Source: Candidatus Micrarchaeia archaeon (GTDB taxonomy: Archaea; Micrarchaeota; Micrarchaeia; Anstonellales; Bilamarchaeaceae). From it: a DNA stretch of 64,000 nt. The position numbers were made by a program, and so were the translations under genes. Positions within the stretch are counted from its first letter, which is position 1; each line of letters starts with the position of its first letter. Positions 1 through 8,764 of the stretch are shown here, piece by piece. The DNA is taken from contig JAXLQI010000002.1 of assembly GCA_046331685.1 (NCBI GenBank), positions 34,630-98,629 of the forward strand. Direction: 5' to 3'. Under the pieces are notes generated by a model. The model was not told the DNA's origin and searched no databases. It saw only the letters and a list, made by a program, of their open reading frames with translations.

Positions 1-96
1 GATGCAACTCCGGGCCGGATTTTCCTTCTTTATGACGGAAAATTGGATACTTTTGCAGGTCTAATTAGTTCGTAATGGTATTAAAAGTTATCTTTC

Positions 97-189
97 GGGC
101 GGTTGCGACGGCCCGCGGGACCGGTTGACGCTCGTGCGGCCTCCACCGGCCGCATGGGATGCGGAGGCCGGGGGCCCCTGCAACTGCCT
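97..189 (+). ncRNA. Putative structured RNA upstream of fibrillarin (unassigned)
   Basis: 10-bp terminal helix GGGCGGTTGC(97-106)/GCAACTGCCT(180-189) with G-U pairs on + strand; inner CGGCCTCC/GGAGGCCG pairing; GC-rich segment between AT-rich flanks. Confidence 0.4.
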
Positions 190-217
190 TATATTATTTT
201 ACCCGCAATAGCGGAAC

Positions 218-880
218 ATGAAACCTGCTTTTCCGGGAGTGTACTCCATTGACAGGTCGTTCGCCACCATGAACATGGACCGCGGCCACAAAGTCTACAA
301 CGAGAAACTGATCCGCGAGGGGGAGCGCGAATACCGCATCTGGGATCCGCATCGCAGCAAGCTCTGCGGGGCGATGAAGAACGGCCTGCGGACTTTCCCG
401 TTCGGCCGGGGCTCCAAGGTGCTCTATCTCGGCGCTTCCACCGGCACGACGATATCCCATATATCGGACATCGTAGGCGAAGAGGGGGAGATATTCTCGG
501 TGGAGATCTCCCCCCAGTGCATGAAGAGCCTGATGGCGCTATCAGACCGGCGGCGCAATATCATCCCCATCCACGGGGATGCCCGGCAGGCCCAGGAGTA
601 CGAAGAGGTGGGGGAGGTCGACTCGATATACCAGGATGTGGCCCAGCCCGACCAGGACGACATACTCATAAAGAACGCGAAGATGTTCCTCAAGGCGGGC
701 GGGATCGCGATGATATGCATCAAGAGCCAGAGCATCGATGTCACGAAAGACCCCAAAGTCGTTTTCGATGCGGTCGTCAAGAAGCTCGAGACCGTCTTCG
801 AGGTCGTCGAAAAAATCAAGCTCGAGCCCTACGACAAGGACCACCTTTTCGTAGTGCTCAAATATCCGGGCAAACTTTGA
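218..880 (+). CDS. flpA: Fibrillarin-like rRNA/tRNA 2'-O-methyltransferase
   Basis: YRIWDPHRSKL, VLYLGASTGTTISHISD, YQDVAQPDQ, LEPYDKDH motifs. Confidence 0.97.
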   Translation: MKPAFPGVYSIDRSFATMNMDRGHKVYNEKLIREGEREYRIWDPHRSKLCGAMKNGLRTFPFGRGSKVLYLGASTGTTISHISDIVGEEGEIFSVEISPQCMKSLMALSDRRRNIIPIHGDARQAQEYEEVGEVDSIYQDVAQPDQDDILIKNAKMFLKAGGIAMICIKSQSIDVTKDPKVVFDAVVKKLETVFEVVEKIKLEPYDKDHLFVVLKYPGKL

Positions 881-900
881 CATCTGCCGAAACTGCGTTA

Positions 901-914
901 CAAACGTTTATATA
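901..914 (+). promoter_or_regulatory. BRE/TATA promoter of putative ncRNA
   Basis: CAAACG-TTTATATA about 22 nt before the GGGGTGG start of a structured segment. Confidence 0.6.
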
Positions 915-935
915 TCCGGGATGGACTACCAAAAC

Positions 936-1041
936 GGGGTGGACGGTCAAGGGTTAGATTGCGCACAAAAGCCCTCCGGGGCTGTTCTGTGGCAACATCT
1001 GTGTGTGGCCCTTGTTCACCGCGCTTCGGCGATGCCACCCC
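936..1041 (+). ncRNA. Putative ~105-nt structured RNA (unassigned)
   Basis: GGGGTGG/CCACCCC terminal stem, CAAGGGTT/GGCCCTTG stem, AGCCC-TCCG-GGGCT hairpin, CGC-TTCG-GCG (cUUCGg) hairpin, upstream TATA box. Confidence 0.55.
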
Positions 1042-1084
1042 ATCTATGCTCCTTATTTAAATCCATTTATACACTAACTCCGAC

Positions 1085-1846
1085 ATGAATGGGTCGGAGC
1101 TGGAGAGGCGGTTCATTTCGAGCGCATCTCTCGTGCCCCCGCTCGATTTCCTGGAGAACCCGTATTCAGGCGCTGCCGAAGCTGCCGCGGTGCTTTTCGC
1201 CAGATGCTCCGCGATCTGCGGAGACGATAAAGGGTCCTTCCATTCCTGGCTAAGCCGGTGTCTCGATGATCCGGACCCGGGCCTCGCCTTCTTCGGGAGC
1301 GTCATGCATCAAGCCGATCCGTCGGATATCGACCTCCTCTCCTTCACCGGAGGGGGAAACCGTTTCCATCGCCCTACCAAGTTCCACATCACGGATGCAT
1401 TCTCCGGGTCGACGCCGGATCCCATCGCGGCTTTCTTCAGCGGCCCGCTGCTTTTCCCGGTCAGGCCCTCGAAAACCGCGCTTGCGGCCATAGAGAAGGG
1501 GCGGGAAAGATTCCTGAAGAGCCCTTTCCTTGATGGGGGGATCGGAGACCTGCTGGCGCATTCGGCTTACAAGTCCTCTCTCTCACGCGAGGGGCCGCTC
1601 CCGGCGGGGATAAGGGTGATCTGGCAGTGGCTCGATGATGCGAACATGCAGACCATGACATATTCCCCGCGCCAGATATGCCGCCAGATACTCGCCCAGA
1701 TGCAGAAGCTCGATGACCGGAGCCTTTCGGCCATGACAGAATCTGCCATAAGGAGGATGAGGGTCCGGCATGAGCAGAGGGCGGCGCTCGCCGAGAGGTT
1801 CGTCTGGGAGCTGCGCGCGAAGCAGATACGGGGCTCCTTCGGATGA
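1085..1846 (+). CDS. Hypothetical protein
   Basis: 253-aa ORF with TTTAAA box ~25 nt upstream; no recognised motif. Confidence 0.7.
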   Translation: MNGSELERRFISSASLVPPLDFLENPYSGAAEAAAVLFARCSAICGDDKGSFHSWLSRCLDDPDPGLAFFGSVMHQADPSDIDLLSFTGGGNRFHRPTKFHITDAFSGSTPDPIAAFFSGPLLFPVRPSKTALAAIEKGRERFLKSPFLDGGIGDLLAHSAYKSSLSREGPLPAGIRVIWQWLDDANMQTMTYSPRQICRQILAQMQKLDDRSLSAMTESAIRRMRVRHEQRAALAERFVWELRAKQIRGSFG

Positions 1847-1890
1847 TAATGGTTATAAATACCGCAAACGCGGTCCAATAGGGTATCGAT

Positions 1891-2133
1891 ATGGCGCAAC
1901 GACAACGAGCTAAACCGGATGAGCAGACGTTCCGATTGCAGATCCCGGCTCTCACGGGCCAGCAATCGCAGCAGATGACCTCAGTGGCCATCCCGCATGG
2001 GTTCGAGCTGAGGCTCGGGAGCGAAGTCAAGATACGGATAACAAGCGAGATAACCTCCACCAGCCAGATGATCAATCTCACCTTCGACCTTGGACGCCTG
2101 ATGGGTCAGGCGCCGGTGCGCAGGAAGGACTAG
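1891..2133 (+). CDS. Small hypothetical protein
   Basis: 80-aa ORF with TTATAAAT upstream; converges on the neighbouring gene. Confidence 0.55.
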   Translation: MAQRQRAKPDEQTFRLQIPALTGQQSQQMTSVAIPHGFELRLGSEVKIRITSEITSTSQMINLTFDLGRLMGQAPVRRKD

Positions 2134-2549
2134 AATCCCTGGAGATTCAGGCCTGTCTTCCCGTCGTGTTTCCTTGTTATCTTGGCCGAGTAAGGGAGGA
2201 GGACGATCTCGCAAGTGGGGTAGACCTCAGCGCTCATCAGGTGCCCGGACAGGGTGGAATAATCGTGCCTGCTGATCGCTATGTGCAGGTGGGCGGCCGG
2301 CCCGTCATCCAGCTGAGTGATGTTGCCGCTCAGCGATACTATCTCCAGCATCCCTTCGAATTTTTTAGTGTTGTACCTTTTCTCCTTCGTGTCGAAATGG
2401 GCGATCTCGGCCTTGCGGGCTGCACCGATGCCGCTCACGAGCGCGCTCGCCACATTCTCCTTTCCGCAGACCGCCTTCAGCGAGGCGATTATCTCGTCCC
2501 CGTCATCCAGTCGTATAAGGATCTCCCGCTCCGTCCTCTTGTATTCCAT
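2130..2549 (-). CDS. PPC/DUF296 domain putative DNA-binding protein
   Basis: RLDDGDEI, GIGA, EIVSLSGNI, HLHIAI, GHL motifs. Confidence 0.92.
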   Translation of the reverse strand: MEYKRTEREILIRLDDGDEIIASLKAVCGKENVASALVSGIGAARKAEIAHFDTKEKRYNTKKFEGMLEIVSLSGNITQLDDGPAAHLHIAISRHDYSTLSGHLMSAEVYPTCEIVLLPYSAKITRKHDGKTGLNLQGF

Positions 2550-2559
2550 CGTAAACCCC

Positions 2560-2988
2560 CTAGACCAGCTCTTCAGCGAGGAAAAGCCTCTCGCAGAAAT
2601 GGCACCGGTATCCGCCCCTGTCCGCCACCAAAACCCTCTGCGTGCCTTCGGAGCTTATGCAGTTGGGATTCGGGCACCTGCCGTATCCGCGTATCTCTTT
2701 GGGCATCTCGACCTCGTATTTCCGCTCGAGCTTGCCTCCTTTTATTATGTTCACGGTCGCCCCTGGCGACACGAGCGCGATGAGGTTCGCAGCCTCGGGC
2801 GAGACAAGCTTCCCCTCTATCTTGACTATATCCTTGGTGCCCATCTTCTTGCTCGGCACGTTGAGCACGACCGCGACGCGGTGGGGATAGTTCTCCCCGA
2901 TCTCCAGCAATCGCATGACCTTGGACGCTTTCCCGGCCTTTATGTGATCCACGACCGTCCCTATCTCTATGTTGTCGACCTGCATCAA
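2560..2988 (-). CDS. pyrI: Aspartate carbamoyltransferase regulatory subunit
   Basis: GTVVDHI, KDIVKIE, CPNPNCIS...CHFCE zinc site; follows pyrB. Confidence 0.96.
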   Translation of the reverse strand: MMQVDNIEIGTVVDHIKAGKASKVMRLLEIGENYPHRVAVVLNVPSKKMGTKDIVKIEGKLVSPEAANLIALVSPGATVNIIKGGKLERKYEVEMPKEIRGYGRCPNPNCISSEGTQRVLVADRGGYRCHFCERLFLAEELV

Positions 2989-2989
2989 A

Positions 2990-3877
2990 TCACCTCAAGG
3001 CGTATTCTAGCACAGCCTGCCTCACCGGGATCCCGTTATGGGCCTGCTCGAAATACCTGGCCTGCTTCATACCGTCTATCGACGCTTCTATCTCGCTTAT
3101 CTTCGGGAGCGGATGGAGGATCACGAGGTCCTCCTTTGCCCCTTTCAGGTCCTCCTTCCTGACCATGAACCTCTCCATCATCCGCTTCGCCTCGTAGGGG
3201 TCGGCGAACCGCTCCTGCTGGATCCGGCAGACATAGAGGACGTCCGCGTCAGAGAACTCGGGCTCGTTCTTTATCTCGACCTTGAAATCGAACGCCTTCT
3301 TCACTTCGCCCAGATATCCCTCGTCCATCTCGAGCCCGGGCGGGGAGACGAGCGTCACCTTGGCCCCGAACATCGCAAGCCCGTAGATCAGGGACCGCAT
3401 CGCCCGCGCGTATTTGAGGTCCCCGAGCAGGGTGATGTTCAAGCCTTTGATCCTGCCCTTATCCTTTCTAATGGAGTAGAGATCGATCAGGGTCTGGCTC
3501 GGGTGCTGGTTCGCTCCGTCCCCTGCGTTGATGACCGGCTTGTCTGTTATATCTGCAGCGAGGCGGGCCGCCCCTTCCCTCGGATGGCGCACGACAAGCG
3601 CGTCGGCATACCCGGAGACGACCCTGATGGTGTCCGAGAAGCTCTCGCCTTTCTTCAGCGAGCTGGTCTCCGGCTGGAAATCCAGATAGCCCATGCCGCA
3701 CCGCAGCGCGGCCGACTGGAAGGAGAGCTTCGTCCGTGTCGAAGGCTCGAAGAACAGCGTCCCGATGACCTTCCCGCCGAGGCTGGGCGTCCTGCCCCCC
3801 GAGGCTATCTCCTCCGCCGAATCGAGAATCCCCTCTATCTCTTTGCGATCAAGGTCCCTTATAGAAATTAGATCCAT
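2990..3877 (-). CDS. pyrB: Aspartate carbamoyltransferase catalytic subunit
   Basis: FFEPSTRT, INAGDG..QHPSQ, RIQQER, HPLP motifs. Confidence 0.98.
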   Translation of the reverse strand: MDLISIRDLDRKEIEGILDSAEEIASGGRTPSLGGKVIGTLFFEPSTRTKLSFQSAALRCGMGYLDFQPETSSLKKGESFSDTIRVVSGYADALVVRHPREGAARLAADITDKPVINAGDGANQHPSQTLIDLYSIRKDKGRIKGLNITLLGDLKYARAMRSLIYGLAMFGAKVTLVSPPGLEMDEGYLGEVKKAFDFKVEIKNEPEFSDADVLYVCRIQQERFADPYEAKRMMERFMVRKEDLKGAKEDLVILHPLPKISEIEASIDGMKQARYFEQAHNGIPVRQAVLEYALR

Positions 3878-4000
3878 CTAAGCACCTACTGTAGTTTGGG
3901 GAAATAGGAATATAAGCGCCTCCGGTCGCGCGATCCGGTTTTAAATTTAGGCTCAGTCAAGCTTACGGACGGTGCTCCAGGCCCCGATCCCAGAGAGGTA

Positions 4001-4582
4001 ATGCCCATGCTTGTCGTTTTCGAAGGAATCGATGGAGGAGGAAAAGAGACCCAGATTCGCCTCCTCCGGGAAGCGCTGGCGAAGAAAGGAAAAACGCTCA
4101 CGGCGCTGAAGTACCCCACGCGGAAGACCCAGATACTCAACGATTATCTGGAGAAGAAGGCGATCGTCCAGCCTAAATCGCTTTTCCTGCTCTTCCTCGC
4201 CGACATCGCCGAAGACCAGGAGAATGTCCGCAAGGCGCTCTCATCCTACGATGTGGTCGTCCTCGACCGGTACGTGTTCTCAACGATCGCATACGAAGTG
4301 GACAGCATCGACTATGCGCGGGGGAAGAGGATCGTCGAGAGCGTGGAATACATCCGTCCTGACATGGTGGTCCTTCTCGATCTGGACCCCAAACTCTCCC
4401 AGGAGCGCAAGCGGAAGCAGAAAGCGCTGGACCGCTATGAGGAAAATGTTTCATATCTGGCCGGCGTCCGGAAGAATTTCCTGAAACTCGCGGAAGAAAG
4501 ATTTTTAACCCCGAATTGGCATAGGGTTGATGCCGGCAAAACCATAGAGGCCGTGCACACGGATATCATGGATTTCTTCTGA
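4001..4582 (+). CDS. tmk: Thymidylate kinase
   Basis: FEGIDGGGKETQ P-loop, DRYVFS motif. Confidence 0.93.
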   Translation: MPMLVVFEGIDGGGKETQIRLLREALAKKGKTLTALKYPTRKTQILNDYLEKKAIVQPKSLFLLFLADIAEDQENVRKALSSYDVVVLDRYVFSTIAYEVDSIDYARGKRIVESVEYIRPDMVVLLDLDPKLSQERKRKQKALDRYEENVSYLAGVRKNFLKLAEERFLTPNWHRVDAGKTIEAVHTDIMDFF

Positions 4583-4583
4583 T

Positions 4584-4799
4584 GCTCCGTTCGTCTAGAC
4601 CGGTCAAGGATTATGGACTTTCATGCGCCTTTTGAAAAAAGGCGCCCCAAAACAGTCTGTTGCAAAACCCATCCGGGTTTTGGGCTCCCATACAGAGCCA
4701 TTTTTGCGAAAGCAAAAATTAGCAAGAATGTTTTTGGGCGCTTTTTACTAAAAAGCGCGAAGTCCTCCATCGACCTGGGTTCAAATCCCAGACGGAGCA
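4584..4799 (+). tRNA. tRNA-Glu(TTC) with 141-nt intron (4624-4764) at 37/38
   Basis: Acceptor GCTCCGT/ACGGAGC, anticodon stem ATGGA/TCCAT, CT-TTC-A, T-loop TTCAAAT; canonical BHB (CTTT/GAAG helix, CAT and TCC bulges). Confidence 0.93.
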
Positions 4800-4885
4800 A
4801 TCTTCCCCCATCAGCCACAGCACTCCCGAAACCTATCCGCTGAAATGCGATGCAATGATTATATTCCCCCTACGTCCTGAATCAG

Positions 4886-5836
4886 ATGATGCGCCTGTTG
4901 CTATGCCTATTCGCACTCTCCGTCCTTTGCTTCGCATCGAACGAAACCAACATCACGCGTTTCCTCGATGTCTCCCTCAACACCTCATGCCCCGGCAACC
5001 TCCTGACCGCCGTAGCGACCTCATCCGACGGCCTTCCCGCAGCCGGCATCGAGCTCCGTCTTGTGCTCTATGAGCCCTACCAGGGGTTAAGGGCGCTTCA
5101 ACACACAGACCAAGGCGGGATGGCTAGGTTCGAGCTCACTAAGGCCGGCAAATACCGGCTTTACATATACACGAAAAATTACAACCACGACCAGTATGCG
5201 GAATTCGCGTATCCTGCCCTCTGCCCTCCCCCTCCGCCGAGGCAGATGAACATCACCGCGCTCCCTGACTGCGGGAAGGGCATCCTGTTGGTCCGCGCAG
5301 CCGATGCGAACGGGACGCCCCTCGAAGGAGCGTTCATATCGGTCCAGGACGGCCGGAGCTGGTCCTCTCTGAGCGGCAAGAGCGGAGAGGTCTCATTCCC
5401 GCTCGATGAAGGCGACATATTCATCAACGCATCGCGCGGCAACTATTCAACGGTCGGCTTTTACTCCACGGTGGACTGCACCCCTCCGGAATGCCTGGAA
5501 GATGGGCAATGCGCATCAAACCAGTATTGCTCCGAGGAAAAATGCGTCGAAGCCGTCGGGACCTGCGGCTATCCTGCGAACCACAGCTGGGTGCATTATA
5601 CCTGCTGCTCTGATACGGACTGCGGCAATGCGTCGATGTGCATCAACAACACGTGCATCCTCAGGCCGCCGCCTCCGCAGCCCCAGAACATCACCAACCT
5701 TTCTAACGCCACCCCCACCGCAAAAAACGCCTTGCCCAACGAAACAGTCAATGAGGGGGGAAAGGGCGTGGCGGGCGGTTGCCTTGGGTCAGCCTTATTG
5801 CTGGCCGGAATCCTGATCTGGAAAAAGAATAAATAA
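4886..5836 (+). CDS. Secreted Cys-rich surface protein with C-terminal membrane anchor
   Basis: Signal peptide, two transthyretin/carboxypeptidase-regulatory-like beta modules, CxxDxxC repeats, Pro/Asn linker, GGCLG-hydrophobic-KKNK tail. Confidence 0.8.
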   Translation: MMRLLLCLFALSVLCFASNETNITRFLDVSLNTSCPGNLLTAVATSSDGLPAAGIELRLVLYEPYQGLRALQHTDQGGMARFELTKAGKYRLYIYTKNYNHDQYAEFAYPALCPPPPPRQMNITALPDCGKGILLVRAADANGTPLEGAFISVQDGRSWSSLSGKSGEVSFPLDEGDIFINASRGNYSTVGFYSTVDCTPPECLEDGQCASNQYCSEEKCVEAVGTCGYPANHSWVHYTCCSDTDCGNASMCINNTCILRPPPPQPQNITNLSNATPTAKNALPNETVNEGGKGVAGGCLGSALLLAGILIWKKNK

Positions 5837-5923
5837 CCGAAACCCCGGCGGGGTTTGGCTACGCGAGGTTTTGGTGCACTTTTCAACAAACAAGTTTTGG
5901 TCAAATTTTTCCTAAAAGTTTGA
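5837..5923. repeat. REP-like palindromic cluster between convergent genes
   Basis: CCGAAACCC..GGGTTTGG hairpin; TTTTGG-TCAAATTTTT-CCT-AAAAGTTTGA hairpin resembling the tRNA intron palindromes. Confidence 0.55.
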
Positions 5924-6261
5924 TGGGCTTCCGCTTGGCGTTTGTCGCCAAGATCGTCCATTTTCCTGAGCCAAAACGCAGACACAACCTGCAAACCCCA
6001 GTAAAATGGGCTTCCCGGTTTGCCTTGGCAGATATGCAAGGAGCCGCAACCGTCCACTCGATCCTGTTTCCCACAAGCACGGTACAAAACGCTTAGGGCT
6101 GCTCCTTTCGGCCTGACCCGGTTCACATGTCGCGCCGCCATATGAGGCAGGACGTCAACGCTTAAGGCTGAGGGCATGCATAAAAGACAAAACGCCCCGG
6201 GCTTTCGAGCCGCCTGAAGGGGATGTGCGGAATCGGGACCCCTAGCCCCGCTCTAGCCCAT
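5923..6261 (-). ncRNA. ffs: Archaeal SRP (7S) RNA
   Basis: Minus strand has helix-8 motif GAACCGGGTCAGGCCGAAAGGAGCAGCCC; 5' ATGGGCT pairs with 3' AGCCCAT; TATA-like box upstream. Confidence 0.92.
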
Positions 6262-6290
6262 GATATATCTGCCGGCCCCTGTTTTTAATC

Positions 6291-7031
6291 TCACCGGAAC
6301 GGGCTTGTCACTACCTCAAGAATGCCCTGATGAAGGTTCGGGCCGGCCGCGACGACGCCTGCCGAGAACACAGAGAAAGGCTTTCCTTCGAGGTCCGTGA
6401 CCACCGCCCCGGCCTCCTGCATCACAAGGAATCCGGCCGCATGGCTGGCCTCATGGAGGGGGACGACGACACCGTCGATCGCTCCGGCTGCGACCGCGGC
6501 GTAATCGGCCGCAGGTGACCCGGTGTTCCTCCATGCGATCCCGTTGCGGGATAATGCCCCTATCGCTTCTATCCCGGGGGCATACTCGCCGTCCGAATAC
6601 ATATCACAGTAGCAGCATACGAGCGAGGCCCGGATGTCGTCACGCCTGCTGGCCGACAGCTTCCGCCCGTCGGCGCGTGCACCCCTGCCTCTCTCTGCCG
6701 TGACCATGCTCCCTCTCTCAGGGAGGGAAATCACGGCGAACACAGGCGACCCTTCCTCGATGATGGCAGCCATAACGCCGAACTCTCCGAACCCCCTCGA
6801 GAAATTCACCGGCGAATCGAGAGGGCATATGCTGACCGCCCTCGCGCCTTCCTGCGCCTCGCCCCAGAGACTGACCGACGGGTCCGCAGCGCGGATCGTC
6901 CGAACCATCAGGTCCCTAGCACGTTTCTCCATGTCATAAGCCGTCTTCCTCGAGGACGCCTGCCTCCTGAGGAAAAAGCCGGCTTCCTGGGCGGCGCTGA
7001 TAATAGCCCCCTTAAGAGTATCATCCATCAT
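6291..7031 (-). CDS. Inositol monophosphatase/SuhB family protein, degenerate active site
   Basis: ICPLDSPVNF, AERGRGA, GSPAADYAAVAAG, EAGAVVTDLEG motifs. Confidence 0.85.
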   Translation of the reverse strand: MMDDTLKGAIISAAQEAGFFLRRQASSRKTAYDMEKRARDLMVRTIRAADPSVSLWGEAQEGARAVSICPLDSPVNFSRGFGEFGVMAAIIEEGSPVFAVISLPERGSMVTAERGRGARADGRKLSASRRDDIRASLVCCYCDMYSDGEYAPGIEAIGALSRNGIAWRNTGSPAADYAAVAAGAIDGVVVPLHEASHAAGFLVMQEAGAVVTDLEGKPFSVFSAGVVAAGPNLHQGILEVVTSPFR

Positions 7032-7061
7032 GAGATAACAAATGCAACAATTTATAAAAAA

Positions 7062-7616
7062 TCAGAACGCATAGCGCACGCGCTTCTCGACGTCTTTGAC
7101 CCGTCCGAGCACTGCCCCGGACCCAGAGTAAGCGCGGTAGCCTTCGATGAACGGCTCCCTGGATCCGGCGCCTATCGAGCGTAGCATGGTGAAGACGTCC
7201 ACGGCCTTGTCCTCGATGTCGTCCGAGACGAATCCGAGGCCGAAATCGATCACTACCATCCCTGACCGGCCCGCGATGAGGTTAGCCGGCGTGAAATCGC
7301 CGTGTATTATATCCGCTCCATGGAGCCTGCCGAGCATCATCCCTGCCTCGCGGGACTGCACCGCATCCATCCGCGGCCTTTCCCCATGCACGAGCGTCAT
7401 CGTGATGGAGAATTCGCCGACTCCAAGGACCACAGGGCAATCCACGCCTGCCAGTTTCGCGCGGTTGAGGAGGCGCGCCTCGCCCCTGGTCCGCTCTATC
7501 CGCAGCTTCCGGTCCAGCTCGGGATTGCGGTATCCCTTCGGATTCCTGAGCTTCACCACCGCATCCTTCCCTATAACGGTCTTCCTGGTCAAAACCGCCT
7601 CAGCGCCCCTCAACAT
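7062..7616 (-). CDS. bud32: KEOPS kinase Bud32
   Basis: RGAEA, RTRGEARLL, IIHGDFTPAN, IDFGL, EDKAVD. Confidence 0.95.
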   Translation of the reverse strand: MLRGAEAVLTRKTVIGKDAVVKLRNPKGYRNPELDRKLRIERTRGEARLLNRAKLAGVDCPVVLGVGEFSITMTLVHGERPRMDAVQSREAGMMLGRLHGADIIHGDFTPANLIAGRSGMVVIDFGLGFVSDDIEDKAVDVFTMLRSIGAGSREPFIEGYRAYSGSGAVLGRVKDVEKRVRYAF

Positions 7617-7617
7617 C

Positions 7618-8343
7618 TCACCCGAACAAGAGCTTGGAAAGGATCGTGAAGAAGAGGAGCATGATCCCCCATCCGATCACTATGGCCGGGCTGATCAGCA
7701 CCGCACCAAGGACAAGGAATGCGCCCACTGCCCCGATCCAGGCCAGCCTGTTCCACCGGAACACCTTGCTTCCGTCCAGGGGGAAAGCCGGTATCATGTT
7801 GAAGAGGGCGAGCATCAGGTTCATCGCCGCGCCGAACCTCCAGACATGGAGGGTGCCGCCGGAGACCCCGAATCCGGCGAGGCCGGGCTGATTTGCCAGG
7901 AAGCTGTAATACTGGCTGACCGGAGCGAGCGTGTTCAGGGCCATGAAGAATAAGACGAGCGAGATGTTCGTCAGGGGCCCGACTATGGATATCAGGCCGT
8001 TCTGCCTGGCGTCTATCCGATCGGAATATATGTAGACCGCGCCCGGGGCCGCGAACAGGAAGCCGAAAGCCGAGGTGACGAGCATCAGCACGAGCCCCTG
8101 GGTCCACATCCTGAAGCGCGCCTGCGCCCCATAATACATCGCGACCAGCTTGTGGGCCATCTCGTGGAGTATGAAACCGCTTCCGACCGTCACGAGCAGG
8201 GGAAGCATGAAGAAGAGGAACTCTTTCGGGAATGCCAGCATGCCGCTGACTGTCGCGAAGACGACCGCGAGGGCGAAGGATATCGATACGACGCTTATCG
8301 CGATCTGCACAGCTTCATCCCTCTCGATGTCTATACCGTCCAA
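7618..8343 (-). CDS. M50 family (site-2) intramembrane metalloprotease
   Basis: HEMAH, GPLTN, FNMIPAFPLDG. Confidence 0.93.
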   Translation of the reverse strand: MDGIDIERDEAVQIAISVVSISFALAVVFATVSGMLAFPKEFLFFMLPLLVTVGSGFILHEMAHKLVAMYYGAQARFRMWTQGLVLMLVTSAFGFLFAAPGAVYIYSDRIDARQNGLISIVGPLTNISLVLFFMALNTLAPVSQYYSFLANQPGLAGFGVSGGTLHVWRFGAAMNLMLALFNMIPAFPLDGSKVFRWNRLAWIGAVGAFLVLGAVLISPAIVIGWGIMLLFFTILSKLLFG

Positions 8344-8745
8344 TCATTCCACCAGTTTCTCTTCGTATAGCAGCCTTATCTTGGCAGGGCTTATGAGCCC
8401 TACATAGCTTTCGATGACCCCGAGGGCTTCATTCCCGTTGTTCAGCGTGATCTTGATGCGGTCGTTCTTCTTCCCGGAGGCTCCCGCGGTGCCGATCCTT
8501 CCGATGATGGCCGGGATCGCCGAGTCATTCACGACCGAGACGCGGTCGCCGGCCTTGATCCCACGGAGATCCGGATAGACCGCGGTTATCGTGATGGTGG
8601 CCACGGTCAGGAGCGCGAGGATCTTGAGGGTCCCGGTGATCGTGGCATCCGGGAGCAGCGCGAATGAGAGCAGGGAGAGGCAGACGGACGCCAGCATGAG
8701 CCTCGAGAACATGGCAATCCTCATACGTATCCGCTCCGGCTCCAA
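8344..8745 (-). CDS. Membrane protein with small C-terminal beta domain
   Basis: Two TM helices then soluble domain; co-oriented within the rpa-cdc48 operon; start uncertain. Confidence 0.75.
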   Translation of the reverse strand: MEPERIRMRIAMFSRLMLASVCLSLLSFALLPDATITGTLKILALLTVATITITAVYPDLRGIKAGDRVSVVNDSAIPAIIGRIGTAGASGKKNDRIKITLNNGNEALGVIESYVGLISPAKIRLLYEEKLVE

Positions 8746-8764
8746 CTCCCGTCCTTCAAGGATA

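Noticed and set aside
936-1041. tRNA, tRNA-Sec or 5S rRNA
   Set aside because: No TTCRA T-loop, D-loop or anticodon arm geometry; no 5S signature on either strand
5596-6177. 193-aa minus-strand ORF
   Set aside because: Overlaps the SRP RNA and a + strand gene; no protein-like features
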